Assembly: GCF_004010195.1 (NCBI RefSeq)
Contig: NC_057719.1
Location: 64,133,962-64,197,961 of the forward strand
From: Chiloscyllium plagiosum
Taxonomy: Eukaryota
DNA: 64,000 nucleotides
Direction of reading: 5' to 3'
Position numbers and translations under genes: made by a program. Positions 26,741 through 39,458 of this stretch are shown here, in pieces. Positions within the stretch are counted from its first letter, which is position 1. Each line of letters begins with the position of its first letter. Under the pieces are notes generated by a model. The model did no database searches. It was not told the DNA's origin and saw only the letters and a list, made by a program, of their open reading frames with translations.

Positions 26741-27415
26741 CTGGCATAGTGGCTGAGTGATTAGCACTGCTGCCTCACAGCGCCAGGGACCCAGGTTCGA
26801 TTCCAGCTTCAGGCGACTGTTTATGTGGAGTTTGCACATTCTCCCTGTGTCTGTGTGGGTTTCCTCCGGGTACTCCAGTTTCCTTCCACAATCCAAAGAT
26901 GTGCAGGTTAGGTGAATTGCCCATGCTAAATTACTCATAGTGTTCAGGGAAATGTAGATTAGGTGCATTAGTCCGGGGTAAATGTAGAGTGGTAAGGGTC
27001 ATGTGGACTTTGGAGGGTCATGTGAACTTGTTGGGCCAAAGGGCCTGTTTCTTTTTTTATTATTACTCCCACACTACTGCCTAACTGCGGTAGTGCTTAT
27101 TTTTCCCCAGCACCCATGTGTGTGTGCAGGCGTGAGACACAGTGAAAGACACAAGGTGTACGAATCTTTATTCAGTTTCCACCACCAGGAAGAAAAGAAA
27201 CACCCAAGTGGCCAGTGACAAGCAGTGCCCTTCACATCAAAGGGGAAATTCTACTTTCTGTGGTGTCCACCTCTCCCTGAACAACTCAAGGGTGTTGGTG
27301 GACACCGCATGCTCCTTCTCCAGAGACACCCGGGCTCTAACATAACCGCGGAAGAGGGGCAGGCAGTCAGCCCTAACAATGAAGGGCCTGTTTCCATTTT
27401 TGTAGGGATTCTATG
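26741..27415 (+). mobile_element. HE1-type SINE interrupted by a Tx1/L1 insert
   Basis: tRNA head at 26741; the tail resumes at 27382. Confidence 0.85.
27052..27381 (-). mobile_element. 5'-truncated Tx1/L1-clade element 3' end
   Basis: The - strand encodes DCLPLFRGYVRARVSLEKEHAVSTNTLELFRERW. It has an A-rich tail and a 13-bp TSD AAGGGCCTGTTTC. Confidence 0.75.
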
Positions 27416-28547
27416 ATTGGTTATGCAAATCAGACAATAGGCAATCAGCACTCTCTTTTACACATAAGTCAACAGAAAGGAAAATTGATCAAGGTGCAAA
27501 ATCGGCTGCTGATTCCATTTTGTTTGGTTTTGCATTACCAAGAAAGACCAAAATCACCTCCTGCATCTTTGTGTCACTCCTTCAGCCTCTGCTCCACAGC
27601 TGGTAGCATAGCATTCAATCACTCACTTTGCAATTGCTATCCAGACCATTTCACATTCATTCCTTTCCCCACACTTACAGAAGTGTTTCAAAACTTCTTT
27701 CAAACTTCTTTTGTTTTCTTTCCCTTATTTGTTTTCTCAATTTGTGCTTTCTCATTCTTCATGCCCACTAGCTTTCATGTAAATATCCTTTCCCCCATTA
27801 AAGGCAATCAGAAACAAAAAAGGAACATTTGAATGGCTCTTTGAGAGACAGCTTTTTCAGCCTTTGAAAAATGATGAAAATTCTAAGAATTTCGTGGGCT
27901 CCAGGCATATTTTTAGCACTGCTGGGATAATTTGAAAGTGGAACAGTATAAGTTCATAGAAATGTTGGAAGAAGGGTAATTGGTTACTTCACTAATAACC
28001 CTTAATAAAAAGGCAATAGGAAATCCAGTGGAAGCAAAGAATTAAAAGCCTTTCATGTTTCTAAATGTTGGGTCAAATAAGAGATAATACTTTTTCTCAA
28101 ATGAAGGAATTAATCCAATTGATCATAGAATAAGATATATTCACCCGAACTGGTATGAGAATATTTAACGTGTAGTTGTTAAATTTCTCAATCTGTCTCA
28201 ACGTGCAAAGGTTCACTTTTTGTATTACTACCAACTTGCACTCAAGTTGAACTTACTGAAGAGCATGTGGCATGCCAGCAGCTTCATAAAAGGTTGGTGC
28301 AATACACAATAAGTTTACTAGTCTGGACCCAGGCTTTGTTTCATCCCTGCAACACAAAATAAAGTGTTGACTGAAATCAACTTTCACTGCATCAGGGTGC
28401 ATTGAGCCCTTTATTAATGCACGCCTAACCTCCACACACCTGAACAACTTTAAGAGTTATCTCAATACATTGTTAATTAAATGGAAACTCTTCAATTTCC
28501 TTGTTAGTTCTGGAAAATGATTTAAAATATGAAGAATCACCATAAAA

Positions 28548-29300
28548 ACTTGCAGATGACACCAAAATTGGAGGTGCAGTGGACAACGAAGAAGCTTACC
28601 TTAGATTACAACAGGCTCTTGTAATAAATAAACAAAGTCTTTTCCCTCTAGTCCAGAACTAGAGGGCATAGGTATAGGGTGAGCGGGGAAAGATATAAAA
28701 GAAACCTAAGGGACAACTTTTTCATGCAGAGGGTGGTACATGTATGGAATGAGCTATCAGAGGAAGTGGTGGAGGCTGGTACAATTGCAACATTTAAGAG
28801 GCATTTGGATGGGTATATGAATAGGAAGGGTTTGGAGGGATATGGGCTGGGAGCTGGCAGTTGGGACTAGATTGGGTTGGGGATATCTGGTCGCATGGAT
28901 GGGTTGGACCGAAGGGTCTGTTTCCATGCTGTACATCTCTATGAATCTATAAACTGTGGCAGCTAATGTGTGCACAACAAGATCCTGCAAACAATTATAT
29001 GATAATGACCAGAGAATCTGCTTTCTCCAAAGTGTTGGAGATTGAGGGATAAATATTGACAAATGGCAGCATCACGCAGGGGATGGTGCGTATATGGGAT
29101 GAGCCGCCAGAGGAAGTGGTGGTGGCTGGTACAATTGCAGCATTTAAAAGGCATCTGGATGGGTATATGAATAGGAAGGGTTAAGAGGGACATGGGTCAA
29201 GTGCTGGCAAATGGGACTAGATTAGATTAGGATATCTGGTCAGCATGGACGAGTTGGACCAAAGGGTTGGGTTCCGTGCTATACTTCTCTAGAACTCTCT
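28548..29300 (+). mobile_element. Two CR1 3' fragments
   Basis: ADDTKIGG and WNELSEEVVEAGTIATFKRHLD motifs; a second 3' end lies at about 29080-29300. Confidence 0.85.
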
Positions 29301-29452
29301 GCTCTTCAGTGCCATTGGATCATTTACATTAACTTGCAGGAAATGAAGGAAGCTTCTCTGAAAGATGGATTGTGACACAAGGTACAAGAATTTTCATTTA
29401 TTTATTGTTCCAATATATAAGTTAGCTCACTGAGCTTGAAGGTTTGTTTTCA

Positions 29453-29486
29453 GATGTTTCGTCACCATACTAGGTAACATCATCAG
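29453..29486 (-). ncRNA. Putative minimal hammerhead ribozyme in pLTR
   Basis: CTGATGA-T-GTTACC-TAGTAT-GGTGAC-GAAAC-ATC on the - strand. Confidence 0.7.
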
Positions 29487-31189
29487 TGAGAGTCTCCAGT
29501 GAAGTGCTGGTGGTATGTTCCACCTCTCTATTTATAGGTCTTGGTTTCTTAAGGTGGGTGATGTCATTTCTTTTTTTTAAGGGAAGGTAAATAGGGTCTA
29601 AGTCGATGTGTTTATTGATGGAGTTCTGGTTAGGATGCCGTGTCTCTATGAATTCTCATGCGTGTCTTTGCTTGGCCTGTCCTTGGATGTGTGTGTTGTC
29701 CCAGTCAAAGTATTCTTCTTTGTCTGGATGTAGAAAAACTAGTGATAGTGGGTCATGTCATTTGGTAGCCAGTTGGTGTTCATGTATCCTGGTGGCAAGT
29801 TTCCTGCTAGTTTGTCCAATGTAGTATTTTTTACAGTTCTTGCATGGTATCTTGTAAATGACATTAGTTTTGCTGGTGGCATCTATCCTTTAGGTTTATT
29901 AGTTGCTGTTTAAGTGTGTTGGTATGTTTGTGAGCTACCATGATGCCAAGGGGTCTGAGTAGTCTGGAAGTCATTTCTGATATGTCTTTGATGTAAGGTA
30001 ATGTGGCTAAGTTTTTGGTTGCGATGTGTCTGCTTGTTTGGGTTTGTTTCTAATTGTGTTTATTGGGTACCCGTTTTTCTTGAAAACATTGTATAGATAT
30101 TTTTCTTCTGCTTTTTGTAGTTCTTGGGTGCTGCAGTGTGGTGTAGCTCATTGAAATAATGTCATGATGCAGCTCCATTTTTGGGTGTTGGGATGATTGC
30201 TTCTGAAGTTAAATATTTGGTCCGTGAGTGTTGTTTTTCTGTTGATGTTCTGCTGGTTTGAAGCTCTCCGTTAAATGTATGTTCAACTGTCACGTCTAGG
30301 AATGGGAGTCTGTTGTCAATCTCCTCTTCTTTTGTGAATTTTATGCCTGTCAGGATATTGTTAATGGTGTTGTATGTTTCCTCTAATTTGTTCCATTTTG
30401 TGATGACAAAGGTGTCATCTACGTAGCGGACCCAAAGTTTGGGTTGAATAGATGGGAGGGCAGCTTTTTTAAGTCTCTGCATTACTGCTTCCGCTATGAG
30501 CCCTGATATTGGTGATCCCATAGGTGTTCCGTTGACTTGTTTGTAGGTTTTGTTATTGAATGTGAAGTGGGTGGTGAGACACAAGTCCACTAACTTGAGG
30601 ATGTTATCTTTGCTGATGAAGTTGGTACTGTCTGGTGTTTGTAGTCCTGGTTTTCCTAGTAGTGATGCCAGTGTTTCTTTGGCCAGACATATCAGAAATG
30701 ACTTCAAGACCACTCAGACCCTTTGGCATCATGGTAGCCCACAAACTTACCAACAAACTTAAACAGCAACTAATGAACCTAAAGGATCCAATAGATACCA
30801 CCAGCAAAACTAACGTCATTTACAAGATACCATGCAAGAACTGTAAAAAACACTACATCAGACAAACTAGACACTAGGATACAGGAACACCAACTGGCCA
30901 CCAAAAGACATGACACACGATCACTAGTTTCTGTACATACAGACAAAGAAGAACACCACTTTGACTGGGACAACACACACATCCTAGGACAGGCGAAACA
31001 AAGATACGCACAAGAATTCTTAGAGCCATGGCATTCTAACCAGAACTCCAAGAAAGAAAACACATCGATTTGGACCCTATCTACCTTCTCTTAAAAAAAG
31101 AACCAGAAATGACATCACCCACCTTAAGAAACCAAGACCTATAAATAGAGAGGCAGGACATACCACCAGCGCTTCACCAGAGACACTCA

Positions 31190-31224
31190 CTGATGATGTT
31201 ACCTGCTCAAGGTGATGAAATGTC
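31190..31224 (+). ncRNA. Putative minimal hammerhead ribozyme in pLTR
   Basis: CTGATGA-T-GTTACC-TGCTCAA-GGTGAT-GAAAT-GTC. Confidence 0.6.
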
Positions 31225-31539
31225 TGAAAACAAACCTTCAAGCTCAGCGAGCTAACTTACATACTTATCATCAACCTTAGCTACTAATCTTCTCAAAAAT
31301 TGTTCCAATATTTTGTGTGTAACTTTTTTTCTATATATTATTTTAACTTGTTTACTGGGTGACTCAAGTTTGGGTTGGAACTGGTAACTAATTGGTTTTA
31401 TGGGTTTGGTGTTTGGATTGGTTTCCAGTATTGGAAATTAAGATAGCGAGGTCCTGATGTGGAATGGGAAGTTGGCTTTACATCTGGGTTTTAGGAAGTC
31501 TCTTGGCATTATAGGTTGAGCCTCTATCTTAGCCAGAAG

Positions 31540-32795
31540 CTGAAGCTGAGTAATAGGAAATAGAGCAAAGGTTAATGTGTACTTTTCAGGTCACAGAAAG
31601 GTTTGCAGTGCAGTTCCTCGAGGTGAGTATTGGAACTCTTGCTTTTCCTGATGTTTGTAAATAATGTAGGTTTTGGTGCACTGGAGACAATTTCAAAATT
31701 TGGGATGACACAAAACTTGGAAGACTTCTAAAACTTGAGAATGACAGTGTAGAAGTACAAAAAAGCATTAACAAATTGGTGCAGTGGACAGGGAGGTGGG
31801 AGGTGAAGTTCAATGTGGAGGTGATGTACTTTTGTACAAAGAACATGGTGAAAGTATAACATTAAGGGTCAGAAAGATCTAGTTGTAAATGTGCAAAGGT
31901 TCTTTTTAAGATTAGGTTAGATTACTTACAGTGTGGAAACAGGCCCTTCGGCCCAACAAGTCCACACCGACCCGCTGAAGCGCAACCCACCCATACCCCT
32001 AACCTAACACTATGGGCAATTTAGCATGGCCAAAGACCTGCACATCTTTGGACTGTGGGAGGAAACCGGAGCACCCGGAGGAAACCCATGCAGACACGGG
32101 GAGAATGTGCAAACTCCACACAGCCTGAGGCGGGAATTGAACCCGGGTCTCTGGCGCTGTGAGGCAGCAGTGCTAACCACTGTGCCACCGTGCCGCCCAT
32201 AGATACAACAGGTAGAGAGAGCTGTTTTAAAAAAAAATATATAATATACTCGGCTTCATTAACAGGGACAACCACAGGGAGACATTAGACCTCAGCTGGA
32301 GTAGTTATGTACAGTTCTGTATGATACACTTTGGAAAGAATGTAAATTCATTGGAGGGAGTGCAAAAAGTCTTACAAGAATGGCTCCAGAGATGAGACAC
32401 TTCAGTTATAAGGATACATTGGAAAAGTTAGGAGAGAAGGTTTGGGGGAAATTTGCTAACATTTTTGAAATCATTTTAGTGGTCTGGACAGAATACATAA
32501 GAAGAAACTGAACCTGGTAGCAAAAGGACCAAGAACCAAGTGATTTGAAGTGTAGCAAATGTGATGCGAAAGAAAACATTTTCACACAGAATGGTCTGGG
32601 GTTGGAAAGCACTGTCTGGAAGGGTAGTGGAGGCAGGTTCATTTGAGGTATTAGTGAGTGCATTAGATTATTATTTTAGTATAAAAACATGTGCAGGGTT
32701 ATGAGGATAAGGTGGGAGTATGGCATTGTCATAATACTCAGAGCCGGTACAGATTCGATGAGCTGAATGATCTCCTTCTACACCATAACAACTCC
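31540..32795 (+). mobile_element. Old degenerate CR1 split by a SINE
   Basis: DDTKLG-like and RPQLE-like remnants on either side of the SINE. Confidence 0.65.
31911..32198 (-). mobile_element. HE1-type SINE (young)
   Basis: Near-consensus head GGGCGGCACGGTGGCACAGTGGTTAGC. Confidence 0.92.
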
Positions 32796-33721
32796 ATGAT
32801 TTGAGGTTCAAATTCTAACCAAGGACTTGTGTGCCAAGTAGTTGTGCTCATAATACAACCAAACAGGTCCTTCCAATGTTTGCTAATGGCAGATGATAAA
32901 AGGAGAGATTTCTTGTCAGCTATGTAATGGAAAGAAAAAGTCAATGTTCATAGGTCTGGTCGACAAACGTGTGTATACTGTACATTAGCACACCAACTTG
33001 AACTCTTTAGCAATTGGATTAGAGGCATACTATGGATCAGACTGGTTCCAACAGCACTTGCTAGTGAGACTTTTTAAAAATTCTCAATGGACAGGTCTAA
33101 CACCGACATGATGGATTAAATGCTTTGCTCCTTTATGATGAACCTTTCATATGAAGCCATATGAGTACATCAGGGTGTTAGTTTGCTGAATCCATTTTTA
33201 ACACTCAGCTGATGCTGATGGACATGCTTGTATTTAATAATTTCCATCGATGAGTAGTGAAAGAGTGAAAGCAGAATTGTAGCTCTTAAACTGACTGTTA
33301 AATGCTTGATTACATGGGCCTTGGACCAGTGCAATAAGTCTACCCAAAATAAAATTGTCAAGAGCAAACTTCTGTAGATTCTGGAAGCTGAAATGAAAAA
33401 AGAAAATGCTGGATATACTCAGCAGATTTGTCAGCAATCTGAAGAGAACAGACATCAAAGGGTCAACAATTTGAAATATTACTTATCCACAGATGCTTCC
33501 AGATAGACGTGCTGAATATGTCAGTATTTTCTGTTTTTATTTTGGAAATTATCAATCATGGTCCACTGAGCAGAAATTAACAGTTTGAAAATCAGATGTA
33601 GTAACCCTGACAATAACAATTTTGGAATTGTGTCTAGACTCTGACATTTAATATTTGGATTCTGAAATTATTATCCACGGGTCTTGCTGATTTTGCATTG
33701 TTTTAGGAACAGCAGTAAAGG

Positions 33722-33955
33722 CTGTTATACAGCACAGAAACAAACCCTTTGGTCCAACTCATCCTCAACTGATTTGCCAGCATTTGGCTCATAACATTCT
33801 AAACCCTTCCCATTCATGTACCCATTCAGATGCTTTTTAAATGATACAATTGCATCTGCCTCACCCACTTCCTCTAGTAGCTCTTTCAATACACACACCA
33901 CCCTCTATGTGAAAAAAAACCCTTCAAGTGCCTTTTAAATCTTTCCCCTCTCACT
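33722..33955 (-). mobile_element. CR1 3' fragment
   Basis: Similar to the 4116-4400 terminus. Confidence 0.7.
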
Positions 33956-34317
33956 CCATTACTTCAGCAAAGCATGTTGTGTTTGTTACAATTTTGACTA
34001 TTGGTATACCTAGAAGGATGATATTTTATCCTTCACAAGTCCCTCACAAATGCCTTTCAGGCCCTGCAGGAAAGGAAGATGGTGAATCCTGTCAGATGGT
34101 TCCCTGAGCAGACTTTTAGAATCTTTTGACAGATGTCCTTGTCAGAACTTTCAAACAAGCACTAAGCCTTAGCTTGGATGATATTGAGAAGGGCCTCCAG
34201 GAGAAAGAAGTCTTGCATGCTGAGTCTAAAGGCCTTTATATGTTGCCTTTGAGGCAGCTGAGGTGAGCAAGAGACATTTGTCCACCTCCATCTTGAATTG
34301 GGTCTTTGCAAATAAGA

Positions 34318-34816
34318 ACGAAGGACCCGATACCCAGCATGAGCAAAACTAATGTAGTGTACAAAATCCCATGCAAGGACTGCACAAAACACTATATAGG
34401 ACAAACAGGAAGACAGCTAACGATCCGCATCCACGAACATCAACTAGCCACGAAACGACACGACCAGCTATCCCTAGTAGCCACACACATAGACGACAAG
34501 CAACATGAATTTGACTGGGACAACACTACCATTATAGGGCAAGCCAAACAAAGAACAGCCAGGGAATTCCGAGAAGCATGGCACTCATCCACAAACTCCA
34601 TCAACAAACACATCGACCTGGACCCAATATACCGGCCACTACAGTGGACAGCTGAAACTGACAACCGAAAGCGGCAGGGACAGGCCACTATAAATGCCGG
34701 AGGAAACACCACAGAAGTGCTTCACAGGAGGCTCCCAAGCACTGAGGATGTCACCTAGACAGGGGACGAAACGTTTGCAACAAAAACTTCCAGCTCGGCG
34801 AACAGAACCACAGCAA
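34318..34816 (+). mobile_element. Penelope-like fragment (GIY-YIG plus pLTR with hammerhead at 34742-34775)
   Basis: NVVYKIPCKDCTKHYIGQTGRQLTIRIHEH, then CTGAGGATGTCACCTAGACAGGGGACGAAACGTT. Confidence 0.9.
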
Positions 34817-34990
34817 AAATTGGAAAGAGATGCAGTGGATTCCAATTAGATTTATTGCTTAACACAGTCTCTTTACTCTATGTGCTGTTCTTTGGAATAA
34901 GAAGATCAATACCAACCGCTGCTGGATTACCATCAACTTGGTGAAAGATGCTCTTTGGTCTGTCCAAAGCTTGCTAGTCTTCCAATGAAA

Positions 34991-35458
34991 AATGCTGTTA
35001 ACAATCAAGCTGCTCAGACTGGCACATAACCATGTCCAGTAGTAGAAAGTGAGGACTGCAGATGCTGGAGATCAGAGGTGAGAGAGTGTGGTGCTGGAAA
35101 AGCACAGAAGTTCAGGCAGCATCTGTGGAGCAGGAGAATCCATGTTTTGGACATAAGCCCTTCAGGCATTCCTGATGAAGGGCTTATGTCCGAAATGTCA
35201 ATTCTCCTGCTCCTCGGATGCTGCCTGATCTGCTGTGCTTTTCCAGCACAATACTCTCGACATAACCAGGTCCATGTTGAGGATATCCTAAAATTTATGT
35301 CCAAAACATGGATTCTCCTGCTCCATAGATGCTGCCGGAACTGCTGTGCTTTTCCAGCACCACACTCTCACCTCTGATCTCCAGCATCTGCAGTCCTCAC
35401 TTTCTACTACTGGACATGGTTATGTGCCAGTCTGAGCAGCTTGATTGTTAACAGCATT
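34991..35458. repeat. Inverted duplication of about 165 bp (34991-35156 / 35295-35458)
   Basis: Near-perfect reverse complement that includes about 50 bp of sequence outside the hairpin element. Confidence 0.9.
35039..35259. mobile_element. Hairpin Penelope-type element with hammerhead core at 35172-35199
   Basis: Inverted arms around CTTCAGGCATTCCTGATGAAG; 15-bp TSD ACATAACCA(T/G)GTCCA. Confidence 0.8.
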
Positions 35459-36395
35459 GAAAAGTTGCAATGATGAAAAGCCATTGTCTATGGCATTCCT
35501 GCTATGGTATACTGAGTGGCTGTAAACTTTGTTTTTTTTTAAAAAAACTCCCAGGTTATATGCACCAGAGAATGTCTGAGGTGAAATATAAATATTATTT
35601 GTAAATATGACCTGTAATGACAAGTGTAATGAGGCACTTCAAGTATTGTATTGAAAGAAACTGGTATTTCACATTATGTAAAAGGTCAAACTTTGTAATG
35701 AACTTGTACAAATTTTATGAATAAAGTATAATTTTGGACAAAATGAAGTGCAGAAGAACTCAGCCAGAAAGGGTAATTCAGCGGTTTGTGTTGAAACCTA
35801 ATGAATCTAATGACTCTATTGAGATGAAAACTCTGAAACCATCTGGTTTCTGTGGGAGGATACGCTAAATCAGTTGGAAGTACATTCTCTCATTTATAAA
35901 AGTTGCTTGGAAGTGACAACTCAATTTGTTGCTTTTAGGTTGGATCATATTTAAACTCAATGAGAAAGAAAGCACTTCCTAAAGTTTAAAACCGTATCCA
36001 GCTCAGCAAGAAGTTTACCTTAGTAGCAGGAGTTCAAGAAGCACCTGGTGGGGGACAGGGTTTGGATTTCAAGGCACTGACATGTGCTTAAACCTCCAAG
36101 CTAGCCAGCCCACTTAATGTCTAAGCAGGACCTACAAAAATAACATTTAGCGGCATTGCCCAATTTATTGGCAGCTGTCTGAGATGTACAGTATAATAAA
36201 GGATATATGTAAGAGTTATCTGATATACGCCAAATAATTGGACACTGAAAAGCATCATTAAACCAATGGGAAAACTGATTGTTTACAATCTCCATGTGAA
36301 CAAAGGCAAATGCAGGCGAACCTCAAAACATCAGGAATATTTAATTACAGAAATGAAGGTGGTCTAACTTGGGCTAGTTTGCTGGTACACTGTAA

Positions 36396-36528
36396 TGTGT
36401 GGTGCTGGAGATGCATAGGTCAGGCAGCACTCGAGCAGCAGGAGAATCGACGTTTTAGGCATAAGCCCTTCATCAGTGCCAAACGTTTTGACTCTGATCT
36501 CCAGCATCTGCAGTCTTCACTTTTTCCT
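36396..36528. mobile_element. Internally deleted hairpin Penelope-type element
   Basis: Same family; degenerate hammerhead at 36449-36476 on the - strand. Confidence 0.7.
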
Positions 36529-36775
36529 GGCACACTGGAAAGGTCAAATTTAATTTTTGAAAAACTTGAGAGCACTGGACAGTCCTGAACAAATGTTGTT
36601 GATTTTTATTGTTTTTTGGAAAGTACACTTTTCCCACGTTTGCAAAAAGAAATTATTCTGCTGCTTAGAAAGCCAGTTGGTGCAGGATCAGTCTGCAGAC
36701 TTGAACTTGAAATATAGAAGCTGGGGGAACCACACATTTTTGGTTGTCTTCTCTTGAGAACTTTTATTACTAAGA

Positions 36776-36919
<144 letters not shown>

Positions 36920-39283
36920 CTAAAGTTAAATAAATTGAAATGTCACAAATTGTGCAAATTATGGAACATGTGAAACAGAAGGTGGTAATTTCAAACATCA
37001 AACCTGTGCTAGTGATAGTTTTCCAATCAGCTCCACTCGCTTCCTCTTCCCCTTTAGTTTTACAATTATTTTTCCCAAATATCACAATCATTTTAAAGAG
37101 TTACTTGTGAATCTGGTTTTATTACTTCAGTTAGTATATTCCAGATCACCATAATTTAATGTGCTTTAGGAAATAAAAAAGTCCCTTTTTATCAAAAGGT
37201 ACTTCTGATGAAGAACTTAAATCTAGAGTACGGTTTCCAGTCAGTGAAAACATTTTCTCCTCGCTCAAAGCACTTCATGGTCTTGAACACCTCTGTTAAA
37301 TCTTAACCTTATGTATTCTAAGAATAATGTCAGCTTCAGTCTTCTCTCCAGATATCTGAATGTCTTGATCACTGTATCCTAGTAAATCTCGTCTATATCC
37401 TAAGGCCTTGACATCCCACTTGAAGAGTGAAGCCCAGAATAGGCCATGAAACTCCAGCTAGGTTTAACAAATGTATAAATTTTAGTATAAATTTCTCACT
37501 TTTGAACTCACCTAGACTAATAAATTCTGCTTATTTTAAAAACAGCTTTCTGAATTTGTCCTGCAACTTCAACTGTTTGCGTAAATGAACCCGCCACCAG
37601 GTCACTTTGTTCCTGCACTCCATTTAAAATTATATGACTTCATTCATGTCGCCACTCTTTCCAAAATGTACTTCAATAGATTTTGGTTTAAAGCCCGAGT
37701 GCTCATGAAAAGGTGTCTTGGTTCAAGGAACAAAATCAAAGCACTAACATAGTCTGCTATCAATAATGTGTACTATATAGGATTATTGATATTTGGCATC
37801 ATCACAAAGTGAAACATTCACTCTTGTTTATCAAAGCATAGGAAACCAAAGCTGGATTTACAGTTTAATTGCATTGCCAGTTATTTACAATCATACACAG
37901 AACAATCAATCATTCAACTGTATGCATCTCTCTTACTGGAAATGGTTTCACTATGAAATGCAGATGGAGGGTAACGAAGTGGACTGTGGCATTCATTCTG
38001 ATGCTATTGGCAGACTCCGAGAATGATTTGTCATTGCAAAGGTACCACATATGAGCAGAAATTGAACTGAATTCAAGATAATGAACTTACTTATATATGG
38101 ATGCAGATTTTTGAGGCATGGCTAAAGAATTGAAGAATCTGTAAAATTATTTGGAATTGAAAGAATGGAGAGATATGGACCAAGGGCATGTAGAAGGGAT
38201 TAGTTTAATTTAGCATCATGTTCAGCATATCGTGGGCTGAGAGACCTGTTCCTGTGCTGCGCAGTTCCATGTTCTATGAACCTTTTCGTTTAGAGGCTAT
38301 GGGCATTGTGTCAAGGTCAGCAGTTGACCCTCAACCTTATTTGATTTTGAGGTAGCACCATTTTAAACTGCAGCAGTTCTTCTGGTGTATGTACAGCCAT
38401 CGTGTTGCAAGGGACAGACGTAGAGTTTTGACCATATGGTTGGATGATCTCACGCCAACCACAATATTAGCATGAGCTCATTTAACTAAGGTGAAGATCA
38501 AGCAGTCATATTTGATCTCTCATTTCTGCTATATCATCCTGCTGTTTATATTCACCTATAATCCAAGTATCTCAAGCTTCTATAGTTACAATGATGTATA
38601 TACTTAAGTGCAAATAGTACACTATTGTGATTGATTCGTGTCAGCCTCACCCATCCTTTACTTTCACATTTACTTTATACAGTTCTACAATACAGAAAGG
38701 GGCCACTCAGTCCATTGTGCCTGTCCTGGCTGTTAGAAAGAATTCTCCAATTAATCCCACACTCCTGCACTTTCCACAAACAAACATTCAACTCCATCAG
38801 TTTGGAATCCAGGTGGCAGAGTTTAAATGATAAGTGTCTAATCTATAGCACTAATGAACAGCCTGCAAAGATCGAATAAACAATCCAGTGTGGCTATTTG
38901 TTTTTATCCTCTTTATGGACCAATGGACAGAGATGCCAGTTGTGCTCTTACTGCTATTCTGACCCATTAAAACTACACAATCAAAGGATTAGGTCTGAAT
39001 GTGGCATGCACTTGTTAAACATCCCAAAACTCAGGGATCATTGTAATTGTGTCTTTTTTAAAAAAAATTATTCACTGCTTTTTTGGTAGAAATGAACTAT
39101 AAGAGTTTACGTGTTGTTATATTTGGCCTAGATATAATTTAAATTACTATAAAAAAATTATATTAAGCTCACTAGGTTGATTTTATAGCTATTCACTTTT
39201 ACACAAACGGCTTTTTTTGACATTTCCTTCAGAAACTACACAAAGATGGCACAATCTTTACATCGTTTGACATCCCAACTTAC

Positions 39284-39458
39284 CTTGAAGTGCTGCATTG
39301 GCGTGAAAGGGAAGTACGGTATGTTTTTCTCTTCTTTCCCCCATTTGCCTGAAACTTTGGCATTCCGTACAACTGAGCGATCCCTGAAGTTAACAGTCAC
39401 TTCAAGGCCCACGTCTGTATCTGGTTCTGAAGGGTTGCCGATGAGACTTAGTTCAAAG
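39284..39458 (-). CDS. LGALSL: Galectin-related protein, internal exon (CRD core)
   Basis: FELSLIGNPSEPDTDVGLEVTVNFRDRSVVRNAKVSGKWGKEEKNIPYFPFTPMQHFK|gtaag; carries the IPYFPF signature. Confidence 0.93.

Larger units (their letters stand above)
29417..31298. mobile_element. Penelope-like element with inverted pLTRs (RT plus GIY-YIG endonuclease, disrupted)
   Basis: - strand RT (GTPMGSPIS, WVRYVDDTF, LPFLDV) and + strand GIY-YIG (NVIYKIPCKNC..HYI). Inverted arms are about 570 bp, with a 13-bp TSD ATTGTTCCAATAT. Confidence 0.92.
34040..35740 (+). mobile_element. Degenerate Tx1/L1-clade 3' remnant hosting later insertions
   Basis: CWITINLVKDALWS-like segment at about 34920-34960; 3' end TTTATGAATAAAGTATA at about 35714-35730. 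Confidence 0.5.
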
